Part shown: positions 13,754 through 27,491 of the stretch, in pieces | Numbering within the stretch: position 1 is the stretch's first letter | Layout of the letters: each line of letters begins with the position of its first letter | Translations under genes and position numbers: made by a program | DNA from: Epiperipatus broadwayi | Taxonomy: Eukaryota > Animalia > Onychophora | Direction of reading: 5' to 3' | Assembly: GCA_028023455.1 (NCBI GenBank) | Contig: JAQFVV010000001.1 | Span: forward strand, 35,216,001 to 35,280,000 | Length of the DNA: 64,000 bases | Notes under the pieces: generated by a model | Seen by the model: the letters and a program-made list of their open reading frames with translations, nothing else | Told to the model about the DNA's origin: nothing | Database searches by the model: none

Positions 13754-16706
13754 TTTATATATTACATTATATATGTTCAGGTGTGTGTAAGCCTGTACAG
13801 TGTATTAATTTATTCTTGTATGTAATTTTTTTTTTAAAGATTAGGTATCTTTTCATGAAAAGAGCTGTTTAGATTTAGAAAAAAAAAACAAGATGTTAAG
13901 GTAGGGCAATATAGAAAAAGAAATTGAGAGAAATTAATTGATATTTGTTGTATCATCCTTGAAACAATTTTTACTAGAATGAATTAGATTATGCCATCAG
14001 ATATTCTAAATATTTGGAAAAAGATATGATTATTAAGAAATTTTTATATAAATCAAAGTATACTCATAGGAATAAGCAGCTCCTTTTAGGATAAGTAAAT
14101 ATAAGAAGAGATGTTAAGACAGAGATGCTGTCTTTTCCTGTTCAGAAGTTTTAGATAACCACAACATATTGGTCAGTAATTGGGTATCTACTTATTTTTA
14201 GTTGGAGAAGAAATAGCTCCGAATAATCTAGATTAGTATGATGTATTCAATTACTAACTATACAAAAAAATCACAGTTTAAATATAATGCAGTCCTGATT
14301 AATGGTGATAGGTAAATATTTATCAGATAAATTACTCAACTCATGAAACAATTTTCAAATAAAAACATATGTTTATCAACCAAATAAAACTGTTGTGTTC
14401 AATCTACCATTTAAGTGCTTGAACATAATTTGATCTCTGAGCAATTGATTATAAGAATTATTACTACAAATAGATTTTATGTGGTATCATGTCATTGCTT
14501 CCACTGAATTTTTAATAAAATGCAAAAAATATTATTGAACAGGTATCAGTATAAAGCAATCATTTTGATCTTACGAAATGTGTGCATCTATTTGTTTATA
14601 AAATATATAACAAACAGACATATCTCCATTTATTATATTAAAAAGTAAGATTAAATAAATAGATAAATAAGTGAATAGCCGACTGAATAAACTATTTAAA
14701 AAATCCATGATAAAATAGTTTTTAGTTTTTATTTTATTTTTAAAGTATCTTCAGATAGATAATCCACAAATACAAATAATATTGATTAATAAATAGGTAT
14801 CTAGCTTTTTAAAGAGCTTATTTTTAATTGATGTTTATAATTGAAATGCTAAAAATAATATTTTATTGCTTTGATTTAAAAATATTAATGCAAGCAGATG
14901 TTAACAGCCGATTACATGCCCTTATGAAATCACAGGATTAATACTAATTCCATTACTGTAAATCATTATGTCAATATGACATTGAGAACATGTTTATAAC
15001 ATTGATTTCACCATTTAATATTATTAAATATAGTAATGAATAATTGTTTTTTTTTTTTTTGCTTCTGCCTTAGAACTGTTTTAATTTTCAAATTACCTAG
15101 AGCACATTGTTGCTTGAAATTGATGAATAATTTATATGTTTTTCATGTTTTGAGGATTTTATTTTTTAAATAAATACTTTTTTTAAAAAAAATAAATAAA
15201 TAAATAAATAATTTACATCCAAAGATGCTGTGATGATGTCACTTACTGTTAGCATCTTTGAAGTTTTCTGAGAGATTGTTTCAAAATATCATGGGACATT
15301 AAGGGATACTTTTGGAAATGATTTATTTTATAAAAGATTTAAATGAAACTATAACAAACTTTGCAAGATACTCTATCAAAATTCCAGGATTATTTCTAAT
15401 TTTAATACAATTTTGATTAAACCACATGTCACGCGGAGAATCTCTTCATTTATAAATTATTAATGCAGATTATTTGTGGATTATTTTCATGACAATAAAT
15501 CAAAGCTTTGCTTTATTTTAGTGTACATTTAGTGCGGTAATGCGCTCTTTCAGCTCAAATAACATTAAAAAATCTCTAAATATATGTTGATTTCCATGAT
15601 GCAGTAATCATTTATATTGATTTTCTTAGAAAAATACCACCACAGAGAACAGAACTAATAAGCTTCAAGAAATGAAAACTTGATTAAAATAAATAATAAG
15701 AATAAAAGAACATTATTAGATGAAACACTGTTGCTGAGAAGTCGTAATCTGGAGATTTTATAAATAATATCCTGGGTAATAAAAACCTACTTTAAAAATT
15801 TATAACATTTAAAAAAAAAAAAATTAAATTTAAATAAACTGGCAATGTAAAATTAAAACAGTAGTAAGCAATTTTATATATAATATTTAAGTATCTTCAT
15901 AAATTTCTTCATAAAACACACAAATCATAATATATTTACATGTAAAGAGAGAAAGTGTGTGTACATATAATCACTATACTACAATATTATAAATTAGTTT
16001 AATGCTTGGGTGCGAAGAGGTCATACGATAATTGACCACCAAATTACTGGTTCAGCTTAGATTCCTAGAAATCTTTGGCTCTCGATTTAGTCTCTCTATT
16101 TTTGTGCTGAACTAGCTAAATTACATTTATTTTGCATTAAAAACATAACATATACTATGATAAAGTATTAATATTAGGAATTAATTTTTTTGTTTTGTTG
16201 CTACCAGCATTCACAAATAAAGATTTTATAAACAAATAAGTGTGGATAAAAATATACACTTTTGTATGTGATTTTTTTTTGTTATATTTGCAGCTATACA
16301 AATATAACATTGTGAGAATTTCTGATTTATCAAAGATTTAATCTAATTTGCTAGATCTTAAAATATGATTATCTTAGTATAGCAACTTGTAATTTTATAA
16401 AAATAATTTATACCTACAAATGTAAAAAAATAAATAAATAAAATAGTTTGCAAGTTTATCATCATTCTCACCTTAATATTCCATGTATATATCTATTTTT
16501 TATATATAAAAAAATAAGATAATTGTTAACTCTATAATATTAGTAATATTAAACAAGTATTAAGGTTTAGTTAACTGAAATCCTTCTCAATTGCATATTG
16601 AGTATTATATATATATATATATATATATATATCCGCTATATATAGATATATAGATATATATTGTACCCTCATGTATATATATATATATATATATATACAT
16701 GAAAGC

Positions 16707-16778
16707 AGTCAACACTTAAACAATACCAATATCAATGGCAATTAACAATCTCAATCTGTTGTCAAGGCAATCTTCTTT
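16707..16778 (+). repeat. Short interspersed repeat adjacent to (TA)n, copy 1
   Basis: AGTCAACACTTA...CTGTTGTCAAGGCA matches the reverse complement of 40861-40932. Confidence 0.7.
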
Positions 16779-18148
16779 AAACAATAAAAGTGGAAATAAA
16801 TCTTTATATATGACTTAATATATTGTAAATAACCAGATTTGTATATGTCACAGTATTAAAAAAATAAAGAAGTTTGATGGTCTTGTTTAATTTTTGTTTC
16901 ATTTGATCTATGGATATTGGAGGTGTTGAATTATTAATATTAACCAGGTAACTATGACAATTATACTATTCAAACAACATTCTTATTTATTATTAACATT
17001 TAGCATCAATTTATAAATCTGTTGTGATCAATTTGAGAAAAATATAAACAAGTGAATAAATAAATAGATTTTGGAAATAGTTAAGTGAATCATAAAAGTT
17101 TACTTAAAGAGAATCAATATTATTATTAAGTATTACACATTTCAATTTCTGCTATTACAATCACCATAACAACACCTATTATAAAATTAAATGTTTTATG
17201 TTTCATATATGTTTGTTCATAAATTAGTTATATTAAAAAACATATGTAAAAATATTTATATCTATTAAAATGTATTAGAATTATAATATAAATTCTTTAT
17301 TTTAGTTTAAAATGAAAAATAACATGTAAAACAGTATTTTATTTTGACTGTATCCAATTATGTTAAAATCTTCATTTCATTTATTAATTGGAAGTAAATT
17401 TTCTTGAACAATTTCTTAGACCATTGGGTAAAATTTGAGCAATATTCAACAGGTATTGTGACAACAATAATGTCATTAAGAGTATCTTATAAATAGAAGA
17501 GACACTGTAATTTGGGTTCTTGTAATTTTGTCATTGCCTACAATGGATGTTTTAAATCTGTTTTTAAAAATTTATTAAATTTGATTGTTTAAGTGATGGG
17601 GGTAGCTTGCTGATGAAATTCCAGGGGAAATGGCAAGAATGTGAAAGGAAAAAAATCCATCAAAATGCATCGTATTGAAGGCCAGTTATATAAAAATATT
17701 CTGTGGTTTAAAAAATCTAGAATTGCATTTATTTATTTGTGATGTATATAAACCCCATTGTATGTCTATGCATGTCATATTTCAGATCAAGGAATTTTAA
17801 AAAATTGATTAACTCAACTAATGCATGATATTAGGTAATTTAAACTTCACTTTTGTAATTTAGAAAGAAAAGAAAAAGGCTAGTATTTATTCTTTACTTG
17901 ATTATAACTGAATTATCATTAAAGGAATTCTCTTTGCACATTATTGTCAATGAAAAAAAAAAATTAAAGCCAGTGATGTGTAATTTTGCATCAAATAAGT
18001 ATCTATTGTTTTAAATGCTTGGATACATTTACATGTTTAAAAGAAAATATCGAAATTTAGATGGAAAATAATTGGATTTCTATTCGCATTATTTACATCT
18101 CATGTTTATCTTTTCTACTTAACTTATTCATTATTATGAGCTCTTAAA

Positions 18149-18456
18149 ATGTTCAAGAAATTTCAAATTATAAGTATCCAGGTAAGGTTAAAATTAATAG
18201 AAATCTATGCAGGCTACGCATCCACTTTTTAGATATTCTTTTCCATCTTTCTCTGCAGATTCCAAAAAGGTAAATTTTATTTTTTTATGATAAAAAAAAA
18301 AAATTATGATAATTTTTGTGATCAAGTAGATTGAATTTTTTGTCTTTCTCTTATTTTTTCGTTAGTTACTGGAGAACAGTTCAGCATAAAATTATAATGG
18401 GAACAAGTTTTACTTTTTCTGTTGCATTTGGAAAAAAACGTTATGAGGGTCTATTA
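18149..18456 (+). CDS. Candidate host gene exons (18149-18181, 18259-18269, 18366-18456), product unknown
   Basis: Donors GTAAGG/GTAAAT/GTAAGT and pyrimidine-rich CAG/TAG acceptors give 77- and 96-nt introns and a phase-consistent ORF MFKKFQIISIQ|IPKS|YWRTVQHKIIMGTSFTFSVAFGKKRYEGLL; no homolog recognised, downstream exons not found. Confidence 0.4.
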
Positions 18457-21400
18457 GTAAGTATTTTTATTTTTCTATATTTTTTTAAGTATTATTTTAT
18501 TTTATGTTTTTTAATTATATATTTTTTAATTATTGTTATATATATATATATATTGATAATTTATTCCTATTATTGTAAATATATATATATATATTGATAC
18601 AAAATTCCTATTAAAACTAACATATAAAAAAAAGGAAAGATCGTGATTGTCTGCATTTTTTTTTATAATGTAAGCTTAGTTTTTGAATTAATAGATATGA
18701 GATAAAAATGAATATATTTTGGAAATATAATGACCTGATTTAGATGTTTCTATAATTTACTTTCTGCATTTTAATAATAGTATCATTATGCAAATGCTAA
18801 AAGTAATGATTTGTCAGTACATAAACTTAGGCCAATTATAGACTTGCAATATAAATTTCAAAACTGCATATTTTTTAATTATTACTTTATTATATGTTTT
18901 TTTAATTATTATTTTATTATATATTTTTTAATTATTGTTTTTTTATATATATATTTGAAAAAAAAATTGCTATTGAAACTAACATAAAAGTAACAGTTTT
19001 GACAGTATATATCTAAACTACAAACATATGTACATCAATAACTCTATGATGAATTTAGTATTTCATTCACTTTTTATTTTATTATATTATTTTGTATATA
19101 TTGACTAATTTTAGTAGTACTTTTTAATAAATTACAAACTGTATTGAAGTTCTTTATTATAATATTCAAATTATATTAATTATTGATCAATATTAACTAC
19201 TTGTTATAAGGTATGTTATTACGGATGTCTTATACATTGCAAACCCCTCTATGGAAATGCATTTTGAAGAACTACTGAAAATAATAAAAAGTACTAATGT
19301 ATTTATTCTATGAAGTTTTTAAGTGATGGATTATCTTAAGTAAGTGTTATTATAAACCAAATTTTTAGAAATTTTATGATGAATCCAACTGACATACTAA
19401 CAAAACAATAGTTTTAAGTTGTGTGCATGATAATTTTGAATTTATAAAATACTATGAAAATGATTATTAGAAATATTAACTTTTATTCTATTTTTTATTA
19501 CTTTAAATATCAATAACTATATTTTTTCAACTTAATTACATTCTTTGGTGTTTTATGTTTCAAAAAATATATATATTATGTTATTTTTGAGTAATATAAA
19601 TTTAATTCATGATAAAATTTGTGGATTAACATAATTTTTTAAATATTCAAAATGGCCACTTCAGCAGTCAGTAAGTAAAAGGAAAATCATCTCTACACCT
19701 TAGGATCAGAAATAAAGAATCAGAAGCTATGATGGATCCATGGTTAGTGAGTGAAAATGGACAGACTTTCACTTAAATGGTATAGTTAAAAGAAAAGGAG
19801 GGTTTATATTTTATATTTAAAAACAGAGCTAAATAATATATATACGAGTATGATAGAATTCATGCAATGAAAGGGTTGGAGATATTCATTTGGTTATTAT
19901 TTAAATTCTTATCTCATGATATAAGCTAATACGACCTGATGTTTTCAAATATTTAATTTTTTTGTATGTTGAACTTGAAAATTTAGATAAAAAAGGGTTT
20001 GAATATAACATATTTTCTTTTTTTATGTTTGTTTAATTATGGAGAAATTACATTATTGAATAATTAGAGATCAATTTTTATTTGATCACATTTTTTTCTT
20101 ATTATTGTACATTCTATTTAAAATCTCAGGAACATATTTAAAATCTCTCCTTCCATTTTGTATAGTATTATTGTCATGCAACATATTTTTTGAAATTCCA
20201 TAAACATAGATTTTATTGTTATTTTTATTGATTTTAGTCTATTGCAAATCTTGATTGTGTGTTATGTTATATTTTTATTATTACTGTTATAAATTTTTAT
20301 TATAAACCAATACATTTAGAGTTGATTTAAAATCCAGTGAATCAGTCTAATTATTTCTTTTGAATGTGCAAGATAATTTTGGTACTTGAAGTTTGATCCA
20401 AGATCAAACCCATCTTGATAAGTGAAATAGAATTAATTATATGTATATTTTATAAATCATTATTAAATTCAATTAGGTATAAATTTTGTTATTTGGTACA
20501 GCATTTAAATATTTGTTTATTTATCTAAGTCAATATTAGTAGTAGAAATAATTTCATTAGTTTGGAGTTCATTATTTATTTGCTTATCTTGTCCTATTAT
20601 GAATACCTTAATATATATATATATATATTTTTTTTAAATGAAAATAATATCTTATTTGTTTATATGCAAAATATTAATAATTTAAATTCTTTTTTCATGG
20701 GTTTCCACTAAAAATTTTCTGTTTTAAGCTAACCATTAAAAATAAAAACGTTAAACGTTTTATATAATTCTCGTTACTAAAAAATAACATTTTTTAAATT
20801 CAAGATTATTATACTATTGATTTAATTTTAAGTCTTGTGAATATCTACAAGTTTATTCATAATAGAACCACAATAAAACATATTGGTATTTGTTATTAAC
20901 CATTTTAATATTTTGTCTTGTCATTATTTCTGACATTTTAACTCGTAAAAAAAAACTAGTATATTCGTTATTAAAAACTTGTATGTTTTAAGAATTAATA
21001 TATATATTAAACAAATGATGTTTCATTATTACATACAAATACAAATTTTATCCCTGTTAATCAATAAAACTGTAATAAGCGTAGTTTCCTTTTAATAATA
21101 GTAAAGTGGATTATAGATAAAATAAAATTCTTTTTTTTTTCTTGTATAAAATTATGTTGTATGTTATGCTATACTTTTTTTTAATTAATCTATATATTGA
21201 TTATTGCACAGATATCTAGAAATGAAAAATATTTCACATGATTAAAGAATATATGTATGTGAATAAAAATATTATTTTAATTAATGTATAGCTTTCATAA
21301 AAAATGAATAAAAAAAAATAAAGACAAATTATGGAGATTATTGCTGCATATAGAATAAAAATTAAATTACTTCAGTACAATTTGATTAAGTAATATATTC

Positions 21401-22339
21401 TATTTAAACAATTAATAGTTCTTAAAGTCTATAAGAAATTTTAAAAGCAATCATATTTTTATTGAAATAATACTCTCTTTTTAAATATTATATATATAGA
21501 TTGGAACTGCATGCTTTCAACTATCATGTTAACTATCAAATTCCAGGTCATATAAAAATGCATAGTTGACAAACTCCAATTCAATTTGAAATTTGCACTC
21601 CATGAAAAACAGATTATACAGCTGTATTGTAAATCAAATAAAAATAGTAAATAATATTCATGATCTAGTCTTTAAAAAATCCAATTGCTTTAAACTTCCT
21701 TACATTTGTAAATTTTTTTAAAAATACACTTTGGAATTCAAAAGTTTTGGTGAATCAAAAGACTACTATATACAACAATTCAGTAAACACAAAAAAACAT
21801 AAAATTCTAAAACGATTCATATATGGTACCAAATAATTGATCACTAAATTGGAAAAGGTTAGTTAAACAACTATTTGCATAAACAACTATTTAAAAATAA
21901 TAACAGCAGTAAATAATTTAATATAAAATAATGGTCAAACTATATATAGTATACTTTCATCTTGTAAATTCATACATTGATCTTTTATTATTCAGACATC
22001 TTTATTAGTGACCCAAAGTATTAATTAATATGTTCAATTATGTTAAGGATGAATAATTAACAAAATTTATAAGTTTTCATGTCAAAAGCATGCTATAGTT
22101 TGATCACTAATTAATTTTAAATAATTTACATTTATGAAAAAAAAGAAGTAATCCTATATGAAAAAATTACTCAGGTAATTTTATGACTTTTGGTCATTCC
22201 AATTGCAGAAGGAGCAATTTAATACTTTTATTCAAATCTGAATTGAGTATATTGTTTATTTTATTTATTATACTTAGCTGAAAATTAATTTTGGAATCTT
22301 TAGTCAAAATGCATAATTATTCAATTGCACTAAACCATT

Positions 22340-24140
22340 ATCATCATCATCATTATTATTATTATGACAATGCTGATGATGTTTTAAATCAAACTTTATG
22401 TTCATAAAGATTTACATTGTTAAATATACATGGTTGAAAACTACATAGCTTTAGAACAAACCGATAGATATTATTGGTACAGTTTAAATAAATTGTTAGG
22501 CAGGTGTCTGATAAATGTAAACTTGTAAACTGTGTATTTGCCTACAGTTCTATTCTCATTATCTGATGGTTTAGTTCATCAGTTTAAAATACTTTTTGAT
22601 TAAATTAAATATATCCTTTGGACTATTCAATACTGTGATGTTTAAAAGACTGTTAAAAATGAGATATGTGTCAAAAAATTGTTCTTATTACAGCAAAAGC
22701 CATTTGGTTGTTTGAGGTTATGGTCAGAATTGGGTTTTTCAATAGTGACCATCTAGCAGCAAAAATATCTGGGTGTGCAGTTTTGACATTTCTGGCCTCT
22801 CAGTTGTTTGAGCTTATTAGAGAATGTGACTGGGTGCTTTCTGGTATTGTTTCCAAGGCAGAAAGTACATCTGGTGCACCACAAAGTATATAAACAAAAA
22901 CTTGCTGCATGGGCTGCACAGAGCATTTACTGACCATTTTTATTAGGTTATCAAGTGTGATGTTATTTTGTCTATATGTGTTATATCATAATTTGCCAGG
23001 TATTTGTCAGAACCTTGCAGGTGTGGAATAGGTGCTATTGCATTTCTTTTTCCCTATGGCATAAAAAGCATCAAATTTGGTATATAAAACCTGCAGTATT
23101 TAAGGAAATAGGAAGTAGATAGATTATGACGATTTAGCCTTAAGAGAAGGACAAAAAATTTGGGTTCTAATGATCATTTTTATAATCACTGCATCAACTG
23201 GATGTTTTTCATATTTAGCATTGGTGACTGAGGATCACTAGTTAGATCTGGATTTAGCATATTATAAATGTTCCAATAGGTATATCTACCAACACCCAAA
23301 AGGACACCTGATCATAAATACTTTGGAATTGGTTTATGAGCATGTGATGGTGGTGGTTGATCTGTAGGTGTTTTTTGAAGAATGCATTCAAGAGTTGGAA
23401 AACCTCTTATCAGTACAGCCAGGAGATTAACACTTTTTTGTTTATGAAAAATTTGAATGGGGCGAAGACTTAAACCATTGCTGGTTGGTGGAAAACTAAG
23501 TCATTTTACAGAGATGGAGACTACTTTTCTGTACCATAATAGCTTGCTAAAAGTGAGTAAATGGACAAAATGAAAGATTTGGTGAAGATCATGATTGGTG
23601 AGAGATGCATTATATTTATGATTACAAGCTGATTGAAAAGGCATACCTTTGCATATAAGAAAAAAGGGTTATGGAAAAAGAGTTTATGTGTTCAGCATCT
23701 TCTTTCAATTTTTTCTGGATCTTTTGTCTCATTCCAGAGGACCATAGGTAGAAAGAAAATTCAAGAAAATTAGTTGGTTTACCATGATTTGTGTATGTCT
23801 CTTGCCAGTCTAAAGAAACCAAGTTGATGTTTTATTAAGGTTGATCTTGAGTATATATTTGAAGGTGTATTCATTAAGTAATTTTTTCAGAGTAGGTAAT
23901 TGTTTTGTTGGAGGTAAGAATAACAGTAAGCACATCCATGTATGCAATACATGGAATATATAGTCCAGTGTGTGGAATTTGAATACCTTGTAATTTTTGT
24001 TGTATCTTATTTATGAGATGATTAATGTAGAACATGAATAATAAAGAACTGAGTGGAGATCCTTGATGTATGTATTGATGAGGAGAGAATAAAGGTGATT
24101 TTCTATTATTAATTGTAATATGCTGTAATGGTCAGGTTTG
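22340..24140 (-). mobile_element. L1/Tx1-like LINE, RT core to 3' end (decayed)
   Basis: ITINNRKSPLF...IHQGSPLSSLLFM (about 24050-24110), CIAYMD (about 23935), LKINLNKT, RCTFC (about 22865); (TGA)n/(TAA)n tail-like repeat near 22340. The 3' boundary is uncertain. Confidence 0.8.
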
Positions 24141-24485
24141 TACATTTGCTCAACAGACTGAGAGTCCGAGCCAAAAAACCAAAGGATGATCAAGTCAGGA
24201 TAGTAATATCCTACGTCTGATCATACCTCCACTCTCTTACTTGTGCTTCCAAGTCAACCCATAGCGAATGACATGCCTGAGGTTACACTTGATATCTCAT
24301 TATTCATGTTCCAGCAATAGCAAAGCAGTAAAACATGAGACACCCCCCCCCATTATATATTATATAACTTTACTAGTGATTCATAAGGTAATGAGCAAGA
24401 ATGGAGACTGAGATAAATTTATATTTCATAAAATTTAATATAATACTTAATAAATTATAAAGCAAAATAAATTGGGTATAGTTGG

Positions 24486-24754
24486 CTCACACACGGGTGA
24501 GTGAATACTCAGGGTTATGAAGATATATTCACTCAGGGGTATGAAGAATATATTACAGCAATTTATAGGGCTCACAGGAAGGTGAGTGACTCAGGGTTAC
24601 AAAGCTAATTATATAGGGCTCACACACAGGTGAGTGGTTCGGGGTTATAAAATAATATCACAAAGCAATTTATAGTGCTCACATGCAGGTGAGTTGCTCG
24701 GGGTTATAAAATAATATCATAAAGAAATTTATATAATACTCACATGAAGGTGAG
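24486..24754. repeat. Tandem array of five units (48-85 bp period), each with a CTCAC-N6-GTGAG inverted repeat
   Basis: CTCAC at 24486, 24571, 24619, 24678, 24739, each followed by 6 nt and GTGAGT; shared CGGGGTTAT/CAGGGGTTAT linker. Confidence 0.93.
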
Positions 24755-25679
24755 TGGCTTTTGGGTTTTCACAATGTTTAATTAGTCTATGACTTTTTAA
24801 TATGCCCATACCATATTTCATATCCTAACTCCCGCTATGTTCTATATAGTGAAAATAAATAATAGTTAGAGTGATCAATTTATTGATAACTGATAGAGAT
24901 TATATTATTATTACTAAGTTTAAACCCAACTATAATGATATTTGCATGATATATAATTGGTATGCGGATAAACGCATTAACTCAGACTCCGAATTGGAGC
25001 AAAGCCAAAGTTACTTTCTAGGAAAGCTGAGCTGAAGTGTGGCAGTCGAACGTCAGATTCTAGTGCGTTATAAACTATAGTATCAAAATAAGTGCACCTT
25101 GAATGCATTCTTAATTGAGGTTTATTATCTAGTAAATGGTTCCCCAAACTGAGCTACTTGCTATAATATCAAGAGGCCTTTTTATTCAAGTGAGCAGAAG
25201 AGTGGCTTACGAGCCCTTTGGAATGCTTTAGTTCCCTCAAATACAAAAAAATGTCACAGTTGCCTAAAGTTTCAAGGCATGACTTGACATGGAAATGATC
25301 CTGATGTAGGCCATTGTAGGAATAGCAAGAAGAGATGCATATTTATGCTAACTAGCAACACATTCACAATGCTAAATTAATATTTTATAAATTAATTACT
25401 CCAAAATCTTAGCTTCTTTCAGTGCTACTACCACTGGTCAGTTCACAAATGAGGTTATTAAATCACATGATAAAGGTGATAATGAGAATCTGATTTATGG
25501 ATCTCTGCATAGCTTATCAATCTTTAATTAAATGGAGTTATAGAAAAAGTTTAAAGATTTACTAGAACTTGAAACATTAATTATATGTCGTATAATTTAC
25601 ATATAATATCAAACAAACTGATTTTTAAATAATCTAAGTCAAATATGGATTATTAAATAGCTCAGACAAAATATTGCTT

Positions 25680-25850
25680 TTTAAATAAATTACTCAAATA
25701 TTAATGTTAAATAACTCGTAAAATATTAATTTCAAATAACTTATGCAAGATATGTGTTTTAAATAACATACGCAAAATATGTGTTTTAAATAACACACAT
25801 AAAATATACATTTTAAATAACTTGTGCAAAGATGCATTTTAAATAACTTA
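25680..25850. repeat. About 28-bp imperfect tandem array (about 6 units)
   Basis: Recurrent TTTAAATAAC-N4-(G)CAAAATATG core. Confidence 0.8.
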
Positions 25851-26289
25851 TTTTGGGCATTATAAATAACTGATTCACTCTAGCGTAAATAATACTTTGA
25901 TTTCAGAAAGGAGTTCTGCCTATATTATTTATATTACAATACTCTGACATAATGGAAAAGTGATTACTCACCTCTCCCCTGATAATTTATTAAACACACA
26001 AAACTCCATTCTGATGAACATAGCATAAATTAATAAACATGAACCCAAAACTAAAGATAGATGGCATAAGAATAAATTGCATAAAACGATCAATAACATT
26101 ATAATTTAGAAATGAAACTTTGTTTGAAATGGTTTTATAGAACCTAAATATTTATGATTATCTAAATTATTTACGATCAAGCAAGAATTTTGAGAGTGCT
26201 CTAAGCTTTAAATAAACTTAATATAAACAGTTTAGAGTAAAATTTAAATGATATTATGAATTACAAGATTGATTAGTTAGCTAGCTTTT

Positions 26290-26660
26290 TATTTAGAATA
26301 AGTTTAGTTATGAAATTACGTCTTCTGCAGAATGATTTACTGGTAATCTTCATAGTGAGTCTTTCAAGGCATTTTTCTTGTGCATCTTCTCTCTGTTACA
26401 TTGGCTGTGGCTTTTCTAGGTTTGAGTCTAGATACAGCTGGAAAATTTACTTCTGTAGCAGTTTTGCCCATTACTCTGATCAGGAACTCTCTGGGATTTT
26501 AGGTGTAGCTTCTCCATCACTGGACTGGGCATGGCTGAGGTTGGTGTTGGCTCTCATCTGTAGCAGCTTGTCTGGGACAAGTAGATGGCTGTCTCTTGTC
26601 TATATCCAATGGTCATCATTTGAACAGCTTGGGTAATGGCTTTCTAGGATTTGGCTTGCT
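26290..26660 (-). pseudogene. Possible Gypsy integrase C-terminal remnant
   Basis: RKPLPKLFK**PLDI could be a decayed KL.PKW.GP.I motif; the frame ends KLAN* near 26280; heavily stopped. Confidence 0.3.
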
Positions 26661-27281
26661 AAATTAATGCAGGAATGGCTTTTTAAAAATATTTTTGGCA
26701 TTGTTTTTTCAGGAAAGTATCAGCAGCAACAATAACTTTTTTCAACAGCAATAACCAAGAATAATATTTTCAAACAGCAACAAACAAGAATATTTTCAAA
26801 CAGCATCAACTAAGAATATTGATGGCTACTAGAAGCCTTTTTTATATTCTACTTTTGACAATAGGTCCCTCCTCCTTTTACTATTGCCACATCACCTGAT
26901 TACTAGTTCAAACTGTGCCTTTAACTAAATATCCAATTAGTAAAATATTTGCTACAGTTAAATCTGGAATTAAAAGTTCTATTATTCCAATTTGCATCAT
27001 AGCTATAGTTTGGCAACAGCACTTACTATGAAATTTATGCCTGACAGAATTTTATGATTGGTCTTAGTTATAATTTTAAATGGGTCAAGTTTTAGCCAAA
27101 AAATTTATTTTTAGACAAAATGTTAAAATTTGTAAACAAATTACCAGTTTGTGTAATTTTAAACAAACAATAGAACTGAAAATTATTTAACTTGAAAATT
27201 ATTTAAAATGAATATTGAAACTTAAATAAGTAATTTTATAAATTTAAACTTATTCTGTTATATATATAAATTCTAAATATA

Positions 27282-27491
27282 CACCATTATGTTTACTTCA
27301 GTTTTAATAAACATAAATGAATATGCACATATATAAAAATTTAAATCTGTATTTTCATATTATAATTAACAAGACGATTATACACTCACATACTCACAAT
27401 ATTATAAGCACACTCAATGTTTTAAATTAAAGAAACACACACAATCCGAGTGCAACTAAATACACTATTATAGAATATAATAGGTGTAACA
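27282..27491 (-). mobile_element. 202-bp LTR (27290-27491) plus PBS-like TGGTG
   Basis: On -: starts TGTTACA, has ATTAAA near its end, ends AAACA, then TAA and TGGTG (27282-27286). Confidence 0.55.

Larger units (their letters stand above)
24140..27491 (-). mobile_element. LTR-retrotransposon-like insertion(s) interrupting the LINE RT
   Basis: LTR+PBS at the right end, integrase-tail-like remnant, CpG-retaining 3' region with tandem arrays, and G9 followed by TGT at 24342 (PPT+LTR-like). The two putative LTRs do not match each other, so this may be a composite. Confidence 0.5.

Noticed and set aside
15219-15261. CAAAGATGCT/AGCATCTTTG hairpin with a GTGATGA motif (miRNA or C/D snoRNA?)
   Set aside because: Too short for a pre-miRNA and no D box (CTGA) inside the stem.
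17610-17637. CTGATGA...GAAA as a hammerhead
   Set aside because: No proper stem II before GAAA and no NUH cleavage triplet before the candidate stem I partner.
19200-19790. Continuation exons for the 18-kb candidate gene (including ATGGCC at 19652)
   Set aside because: All tested frames hit stops quickly or need implausibly short introns.
20391-20412. GTTTGATCCAAGATCAAAC hairpin with a similar motif at 43393-43414
   Set aside because: Only about 20 bp of similarity; B-box-like but no tRNA or SINE body.
24486-24754. Palindromic repeat arrays (also 50150-50257) as CRISPR
   Set aside because: Linkers are homologous to each other rather than unique spacers, the context is eukaryotic, and there are no cas genes.
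26310-26636. 108-aa plus-strand ORF
   Set aside because: No motif; probably the antisense of a decayed retroelement segment.
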